From contig JAMONT010000083.1 of the NCBI GenBank assembly GCA_027066455.1, forward strand, positions 4,052 through 68,051: a stretch of DNA of 64,000 nt, written 5' to 3'. The position numbers and the translations under genes are program-made. Below, in pieces: positions 56,866 to 64,000 of the stretch. The notes under the pieces were generated by a model. That model ran no database searches and was not told the DNA's origin. It was given only the letters and a program-made list of their open reading frames with translations. Origin of the DNA: Candidatus Altimarinota bacterium (GTDB lineage Bacteria; Patescibacteriota; Gracilibacteria; BD1-5; UBA6164). How positions within the stretch are numbered: position 1 is the stretch's first letter; each line of letters starts with the position of its first letter.

Positions 56866-57921
56866 ATGTTTGAATATTACTTAGACTTATTAAAAAACAA
56901 TTTTTTTATAATAGTAATTCCTATATTTATAATTATAGGATGACTTTGATATTATTATTTTACAAATTATAAAAATATTGATGTAAAAGAAATGTGAAAT
57001 AATAATATAAATATAAAAGTTGATAAAACTAAAAATGAAATAAAACTTGTTAATAAATTAAAAGATAGTACAAAAAAAGATATTAATAAATATAATTATC
57101 AAGTTCAAATTTTTTTAAATAAATTTGAATTATCTTGTAATTGAGAAAAAAATATTTGTGAAAAAATTCTAAAAAATAAAGAAAAATTAAATAATTTTAT
57201 TTTATGAAATTATTCTTGAGAACTAAAAACTTTGGATAATTTTAATTTAAATATAGATAATTTTTTTGATAAAACTTTTAATGAAGACAATTTTAAATTT
57301 AATATTATAGATTTTTTATATACTTTTCAAAATAATTTTATAAAAGAAACTAATATAAAAAATACTTGATTTGAAAAATATTTTGAATTTAAATCTTGAG
57401 AAAATATTATTTTAAATAATATGGAAATTCAATGTGCATCAGAAATAAAGATGTCTATAATACCATGAACTTTTGAAGAAGATAAAATAATTTCTGAAAA
57501 AGTTGAAGAAAATTGTAAAAATTTATGATGAGAAGTTTTTTTAACATTAGAAAATAATGAAAAAAATCAAATAAAAAATAATGAAATTAATTTAGAATTA
57601 AAAATACAAAAATTAGAAGTAAAATATATTTTTTTTGAAAAAAAGGATTGAAAATTTTTAGAAATTGATTCTAAAAAAACATTAATAGATTATGAAAAAA
57701 ATTATATTCTTAAGAAAGAAAAAGAAAAAGAATCTAATATTAAACAAGAAAAAAGTCAAGAAAAAACAGAAAAAAAGGGGGAAAAAATAATAGAATATGT
57801 TAATAAAGATAATAATTTAAATAAACAAAAAAATTATAGAAAAAAAATTAATGATATTTTAAAAGAAAAATATAGAAAAAAAATAAATAATATTTTACTT
57901 GAAAAATATAGAAAAAAATAA
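56866..57921 (+). CDS. Hypothetical N-terminally anchored protein, Lys/Glu-rich C-terminus
   Basis: 352 codons. TM IIVIPIFIIIGGLGYYYF. Starts 10 nt after the giant pilin-like gene. Confidence 0.45.
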
Positions 57922-57985
57922 AAATTTTGTTTTAAATTTTTTTTATATATAATTATAAAAAAATAATTTAATAAAAAATAAAAAT

Positions 57986-59362
57986 ATGGAAATAAATACT
58001 ATTTTTATGCAACTTTGAATTGCATTATTTGCTTGAGCATTTATAGGATTACAAAGAGAAATGCATTTTAATAAAAGCGAAGAAAAAATAAAATTTTTAT
58101 GAATAAGAACAAATATTTTTTTAGCAATATTATGAGTAGTATCAACTTTTTTTAGTACAATGCCATATATGCCAATTATATTTTTCTTTTCAATTTTAGT
58201 ACTTTTGGCTATTTCTCATATTTCTGGTAGTTTTAGATTAAATAGAATTTGAATAACAGCTGAACTATGAGCTTTTTTAGTTTTTTGGATTTGAGTTTTA
58301 ATAGGTTTTTGACAAGAAATTATAGCAATTATTTTGACTATTATTATTGCTTTAGTGAATACTTTTAGATATCAAATAGATAATTTTGCTGAAATTCTAA
58401 ATCATAAAGAATGGTTAGCTTGACTGCAACTTTTAGTTTTTTCTTGAGCAATTTTACCAATTTTACCAAATATTCCTATTAGTGAATTACTTGTTTGAAC
58501 TAATTTTGAATTAAGTAAAAATTCTTTAGTTTTTGCTATTTTTTCAGATATAAATTTATTCAAAGTTTGGTTATTTGTTTTATTTATTTCTGGTATTTGA
58601 TTTGTTTGATATTTTCTTTCAAAATTTATTTGAGCAAAATGATGAATTCCTATTTCAGCTTTTTTATGATGATTATCTAGTTCAACAGCTGTAACTATTT
58701 CACTTGCTTCTCAAGAAAAACAAGCTCAATCTAGAAAACATTCAGATTTAATTTCTTTAGTTTTTGCATGATGAATTTTGATTTGAATTTCAACAATGAT
58801 GCTTAGAGTAATATTATGAATTTTTGTAATTTGATGATTAAGTCTTGGTTATAAAATTTTTTATATTCCTTTATCTATGTCTATTTTTGCTGCAATTTTG
58901 GCTATTTATTGTATGAAAAAATATCACAAAGAATCAAAAAAAGCTTGAAATGAAAAAGCTGATATAAAATTATCAAGTCCATTTGAAATTTGGCCTGCTA
59001 TACAATTTTGAGGTTTTTATGTTATGATTTCAGTTTTGATGAATACAGCTCTTTATTATCAAGATTTTTTAAAACAACAAGTTAGTTGGTTAAGTGAAAA
59101 TATGCCTATTTATATAATTTCATTTATTTCTGGTTTTGCTGATGTTGATGCAATTTATATAAAAGTTTCTTGACTAGTTTCTGATGAAAAAATGTTAGCT
59201 TCTGTTTGAGTAATTACAATTACAATTGCTGTTATTATGAATACTTTGGTTAAAATTCTTTATGTAAAAATAAGTGCTTCAGATTATTTAGCAAAATTGA
59301 TGTTTTATTTAGTTTCTTCAGTTTGTGTAGTTTGAGCTTTTGTTACTTATTTTATTGTTTAA
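57986..59362 (+). CDS. MgtC/SapB-family plus DUF4010 membrane protein
   Basis: 459 codons. ...GAFIGLQREMH...FLGIRTNIFLAILG... then a multi-TM DUF4010-like half. Confidence 0.65.
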
Positions 59363-59428
59363 ATATTTTTTTAGCTTTTTTTTGGTTTTTGAGTATATTT
59401 ACTCTAGTTTAGAAATAATTTTAAAAAT

Positions 59429-60313
59429 ATGAACAAATCACAAAATATAATTATTTACAAAAAAGAAAACTGACAAATTTCAGTTGATATTTTGATTGAA
59501 AATGAAACTTTTTGGATGACTAATTTACAAATTAGCCAGCTTTTTTGAAAATCAAAATGAACAATTAGTGAACATATTAAGAATATTTATGATGAATGAG
59601 AATTCGAAAAAAAAGCAACTGTTTGGTTTTTCCAAACAGTTCAAAAAGAATGAAATAGAGAAGTTAATAGGGAGTTAGAATATTATAATCTTGATATAAT
59701 TTTTGCAGTTTGATATAGAGTAAAATCAAAACAATGAGTGCAATTCAGAAAATGGGCAACTACTAAATTAAAAGAATATTTGATAAATTGATTTACAATT
59801 AATGAAGAAAAAATAAAATCTTGAAAAACAACTCAGTATTTTGACAAACTTCAAAATAAATTAAGAGAAATTAGATTATCAGAAAAAATATTTTATCAAA
59901 AAATTAAAGATATTTATACTACAAGTATTGATTATAATCCAAAAGATGATAAAACAATTAAATTTTTTACAACAGTCCAAAATAAATTATTATGGGCAAT
60001 TAGCAGGAAAACAGCAGCAGAATTAGTTTATAATAGAATTGATATTTCAAAACCTCTACTTTGAATGCAATCTTTTAGTAAAGAATGAGAAAATAAAATA
60101 ACTAAAAAAGATGTAATTATTGCAAAAAATTATTTAGATGAAAAGGAAATAAAAACACTCTGACTTTTAGTTGAACAATTTTTAGCATTTGCAGAATCTA
60201 TGGCAGAATCAAAAATAATTATGAAAATGTCAGATTGGATAGAAAGATTAGATTTAATTTTAAAAATGAATTGAAAAGAAATTTTAGAAAGTTATTGAAA
60301 AATTTCTCAATAA
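59429..60313 (+). CDS. RhuM-family protein (3' end apparently truncated by a frameshift)
   Basis: ...FWMTNLQISQLFGKSKGTISEHIKNIYDEGE...EYYNLDIIFAVGYRVKSKQGVQFRKWATTKLKEYLINGF...IAKNYLDEKEI... Ends GKISQ-TAA. Confidence 0.8.
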
Positions 60314-60499
60314 ATTAGCAGAAGAAAAATCAAAAATTATTTATAATAAATTCAAAGAAAAAAATAAAGAAATAGAAAAAGAAGAAAGTTTAACTCAACT
60401 TGAAAAAGATTTTAAAAATTTTAGTAAAAATAAATAAAAAAAATATGTTTTTTAATGATAAACTATGATAAAAAGAATTTTTTTAGCCAAAAATTTTTT

Positions 60500-61201
60500 T
60501 TATTCATTAAGCTTTTTTAAATCAATTCTTGTAACTTTTTTTTCAGATTTATTTTCTTTTGGTTCTTCAGATACTATTATTCTAGCTTTTTCTTCATCTC
60601 TTAATTCCTTTATTCTTCTTGCAAAACCTATAACTAATATAAAAAATATATATAATATAATCCTATAAAAAATTATAAAAAATAGAAAATAATAAATCAA
60701 ATAATCATATTGTTTTATTAATATAAAAATATTAGAATCACTTAAAAATCAAGCAATATATGCAAATAAAGAATTCATTTTAATTCAATATTTTTCTAAA
60801 ATAAATAATGTTCAAAATAAAAATATTAAAAGAAAAAATCATAAAATAAAAGAAAAAATAGAACTAAGTAAAGAATTTTTATTATTTGTAAAAAAAATAG
60901 AATTATTAAATAACATTCAAAACATAAAAAACACTACAAATAAACTTCAATAATCTTGTATTAAAACTTTTTTATTTAAAATAATTTCTTCAAAACTATT
61001 CAAATTCATTCAAAATTTCAAGCCAACAACTTCACTTTGTAATCACAAAACCATTGCAATTAAAAAACCTAAAAAAAGTCAAAAATACATTTTATATACT
61101 TTATCTAAACCTATAAAAAATAATAAAACTCAAATAGCAAAACTAAGAAAAATTAATCAATAATCTTGAGTATTAAGGGAAAAAGAATTTATTTCTAGCA
61201 T
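60500..61201 (-). CDS. Hypothetical polytopic membrane protein
   Basis: 234 codons. The C-terminus equals track ORF 60500-60700 (stop is TAA). Extended upstream through TGA codons to ATG 61201. Confidence 0.5.
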
Positions 61202-61296
61202 TTGTTTTATAAAAAAATTGTAAATTATAATAAATTGATTATAAATAGAATATAAAATAATGCTAGTTTTTTTTAGTTTTTTAATAAATTTTCCAA

Positions 61297-62403
61297 ATGT
61301 TTTTAGAACTTTTTACTTTATTTATAGCTTCTATATTGCTATCTTTAGGTCTAATTTTACTTATAAAAAAAATATTTTTTAAGTTAAATATTTTAGATAA
61401 TCCTGAAAAATATAATTTAAAAAGAAAAGCAATTCCATACAGTATGTGAATAGTTTTTTTTATATGATTTTTTATTTTAAGTTATTTTTCTATTTTTTCT
61501 AATTTACTTTGAGAAAATCCTGAACTTACTTCAAAATTATTTTTACTTTGGTGATTTTGATTTTTGATTACAGTTGTGAGTTTTTTAGATGATTTGTTAA
61601 ATGTTAGTCCAAAAATTAGACTTTTAATGCAAATAATTATTTGAGCAATTATCTGAATAACTTCAATAAAAATCGGATACATAAGTAATATTTTTAATTG
61701 AATTTTTGACTTATTTGGGAATGATAAAACTATTGATTTACATATTTATTCTACTAATTTTTTTGGCTTAGAAATTTTTTTAATTCCACTTATTTTTACA
61801 ATTATTTGGTATGTTTTTATTTTTAATGCAATTAATTGGAGTGATGGAATTAGAGGGAATACTACAGGACTTTCAATAATTTCTTTTGGAGTTTTATTTC
61901 TTTTATGAATTATTTTATTTAATTGAGATGAATATACTTGAGGAGTTGAAAATGCTTATTTTGTAATGAAAATTTCTCTTATTTTAGTATGACTTATTTT
62001 ACCATTTTGGTATTTTGATATAAAAAATAAACTGCTTATGTGAGACTCTGGAACAATGTTTTTAGGTTTTATGTTAGCTTCTTTAGCTATAATTGCTTGA
62101 GGAAAAATTGCCACAGTTTTGGTAGTTTTTGGGATTTATAGTGTTGATGCTATTTATGTAATTTTGAAAAGATTACAAAATAAAAAAAGTCCTATGACAT
62201 GAGACTTTACACATCTTCATCACAGACTTTTAAAGGTTTGATTTACAGAAAAACAAGTTTTAACTTTTGTTTATAGTTTATCTTTAATTTTTTGAATAAG
62301 TGCATTATTTTTAGATAAAGTATGAAAAATAATAGTTTTTATATTAATTATTGTAATTGTTGTTTTTATAAATAGAATAAAATTAGTAAAATTTAAAAAA
62401 TAA
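61297..62403 (+). CDS. Glycosyltransferase family 4 polyprenyl-phosphate sugar-1-phosphate transferase (MraY/WecA family)
   Basis: 369 codons. FLDDLLNVSPKIRLL, FNAINWSDGIRG and MGDSGTMFLGF motifs with about 10 TM segments. Confidence 0.8.
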
Positions 62404-62474
62404 TTTTTCCCTATTTTGAGGGGGGAAGGTAATTTTTTTTAAATTAGTTTTAAATATTAATCATTCATATTTTT

Positions 62475-63527
62475 TTAAATTACTTCCCATTGTTCAAATT
62501 CTAAAATTTCTCAACTGTCTAAAAAAATTTTTCTATCTTCAAATTTTTCCAAAATTCAATTCTTTTTTTCTCTTGAATAAATATTTTCTAAACAAATTTT
62601 TTTTCAAATATTTTTTTCTAAAATTTCAGTTTGTTTTCCTATCATAAAAATAATTTTATCTGTATATTTTTGACCTAAATTAGCATTTTCTCAAAAATAT
62701 TTTGCTGAACTTTCTATATTTTTTATAAAAGAATTTTCATCTTTTTGTTCAACAAATTCATTGAATTTTTTTGTAGATTTCATAAATTCTTTATGAACAT
62801 TCAAAACTTCAGAATTATACATTTGTATATCTCCATAAAGTTTTGGATTTTGCCCAACATATCTACCAACTGAACTAATCATTATTTTATAAATTGGTGA
62901 AACAAAAGAAAAAGATTTTTTTATATCAAACTCTAAATTTTTCATTGTATCAGCTAAAACAAACATATTAAAATGTGTCAAACCTTGAACTACAGCCATC
63001 ATTTTGTCGTGTTCTTCTGGAGTTTCTTCTACAACTTTTGCTCAAGAATTTTCTAAAAAATTCTTTAAAAAAATATATCTTTCATCATTTTTATCATTTT
63101 TATTTAAAGGAGTTAAAACAAAAATTTGTCCAGCAATTGTTGAAATAAATGGCCCAAACATTGGGTGAGTTGGTAATATAAAAACATCTTCTGGAGAATA
63201 TTTTTTCAAAGCTTTTGCAGGTCATTTTTTTATAGAACAAACATCTAAAACAATTGAATCTTTTTTCAAAAATGGTGCAACTTTTTCTATAATTTCATTC
63301 ATAAAAGCAATTGGAACAGCAAATACAGTTATATCAGAATCTTTTACTGAAGCTATATTATCTACAGAAAATAAACAATTTAATTCTTTAGCAACTTTTT
63401 TTAATTTTTCTTCATTTCTTCAAGTAATTGTAAGTTCAACTTTTTCTTTGAAATTTTTTAAAATAAATTTTGCTAACCATAAACCAAAACCATCACTTGC
63501 TCATATAATTGTTATTTTTTTTATCAT
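62475..63527 (-). CDS. tyrA: Prephenate dehydrogenase
   Basis: MIKKITIIGASDGFGLWLA (NAD fold) ...THPMFGP...EEHDKMMAVVQGLTHF... In frame with track ORF 62691-63002 and extended through TGA to TAA 62475-62477. Confidence 0.8.
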
Positions 63528-63571
63528 TTTTTATAATGTTAATTTTATTTTTTTCAAAATTTCAATATTTT

Positions 63572-63620
63572 TGTAGCCCCTTTCTCCCTATCAGGGAGAG
63601 AGGATTCAGGTGAGAGGGAG
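63572..63620 (+). repeat. GC-rich palindromic element, consensus-like intergenic copy
   Basis: tgtagcccctttctccctatcagggagagaggattcaggtgagagggag. Ends 1 nt from the stop codon 63622-63624 of the tex fragment. Confidence 0.85.
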
Positions 63621-63621
63621 T

Positions 63622-64000
63622 TTATTTTTCTTTCATACTAAGTTGTACTTTTCCTTTTTCTTCATCAATACTTAGAATTCTTACCTTAACTTTTTGTCCA
63701 ACTTCTACAAAATCATTTGGATCTTTTACAAAACTATCAGCTAGGTGTGAAATATGTACAAGTCAATCACTTTTTAATCAAATATCTACAAAAGCTCAAA
63801 ATGCCAAAACATTTCTAACAACTCATTCTAAAACATCTCAAACTTGCACTGAATCAATAGTTATTGGTTGTTTTGCTTTTTGATGAGAAGAATTAATTCT
63901 CTTTTCTTTTCCTAATTGTTCATAAGAATCTAGTATAAAATTAATTGTATTTATTGTAGTTTCTGGATATAATTCTTTTAATTTTTCTTCATTTTTTTCG
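63622..64000 (-). CDS. tex: Tex-like transcription accessory protein, C-terminal S1 domain (5' part outside window)
   Basis: ...VGDVLEGVVRNVLAFGAFVDIGLKSDGLVHISHLADSFVKDPNDFVEVGQKVKVRILSIDEEKGKVQLSMKEK-stop. Confidence 0.7.

Noticed and set aside
62404-62440. tttttccctattttgaggggggaaggtaa after the GT4 gene as another copy of the repeat family
   Set aside because: It shows only a weak resemblance, with a short G/C patch and no clear three-arm layout. It is more simply a weak terminator between convergent genes.
6002-63620. The GC-rich repeats as a CRISPR array
   Set aside because: Copies are kilobases apart and irregularly spaced. Many are inside ORFs and they diverge from one another. No cas genes are present.

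Overview
This is an AT-rich bacterial chromosome segment that is only readable under genetic code 25 (UGA = Gly), known from Gracilibacteria/BD1-5 and Absconditabacteria/SR1 of the Candidate Phyla Radiation. In tuf, in-frame TGA falls on four conserved glycines. In the HerA ATPase all four Walker-A glycines are TGA. The supplied standard-code ORF track is therefore badly fragmented, and I re-read the window by hand with TGA as sense. Start-to-stop lengths were checked for divisibility by 3 and for frame agreement with the track. That reading gives about 55 densely packed genes.

- **Housekeeping genes:** glmS, comM, trmD, tuf, rpsJ, rpmB, rpsP, secD, rlmE, glyA, tyrA, a tex fragment, an ABC-F ATPase and seven tRNAs that all encode CCA.
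- **Defence and mobile-type genes:** a complete SIR2-HerA operon, an orphan RHH antitoxin-like gene, an MNT/HEPN pair and a RhuM gene.
- **Type IV pilus genes:** PilN/O-like genes, pilC, and a 1404-codon pilin-headed FG-GAP protein that is invisible under the standard code.
- **Cell-surface genes:** a block of secreted proteins (beta-propeller, SLH-like, Kazal-like/cysteine-rich, TSP3-repeat, DUF2339-like).

The most unusual signals are these:

1. A family of at least 14 copies of a 40-50 bp GC-rich element. It has two mutually exclusive hairpins that covary. Copies sit in intergenic DNA, often directly after stop codons, and in-frame inside at least seven ORFs. This resembles Rickettsia palindromic elements.
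2. A roughly 60 bp promoter cassette carrying a TTCACA-N5-TTCACA direct repeat, reused in front of four consecutive secreted-protein genes.

No rRNA, CRISPR array or transposase was seen. All coordinates come from manual reading. Homopolymer counts may be off by a base in places.
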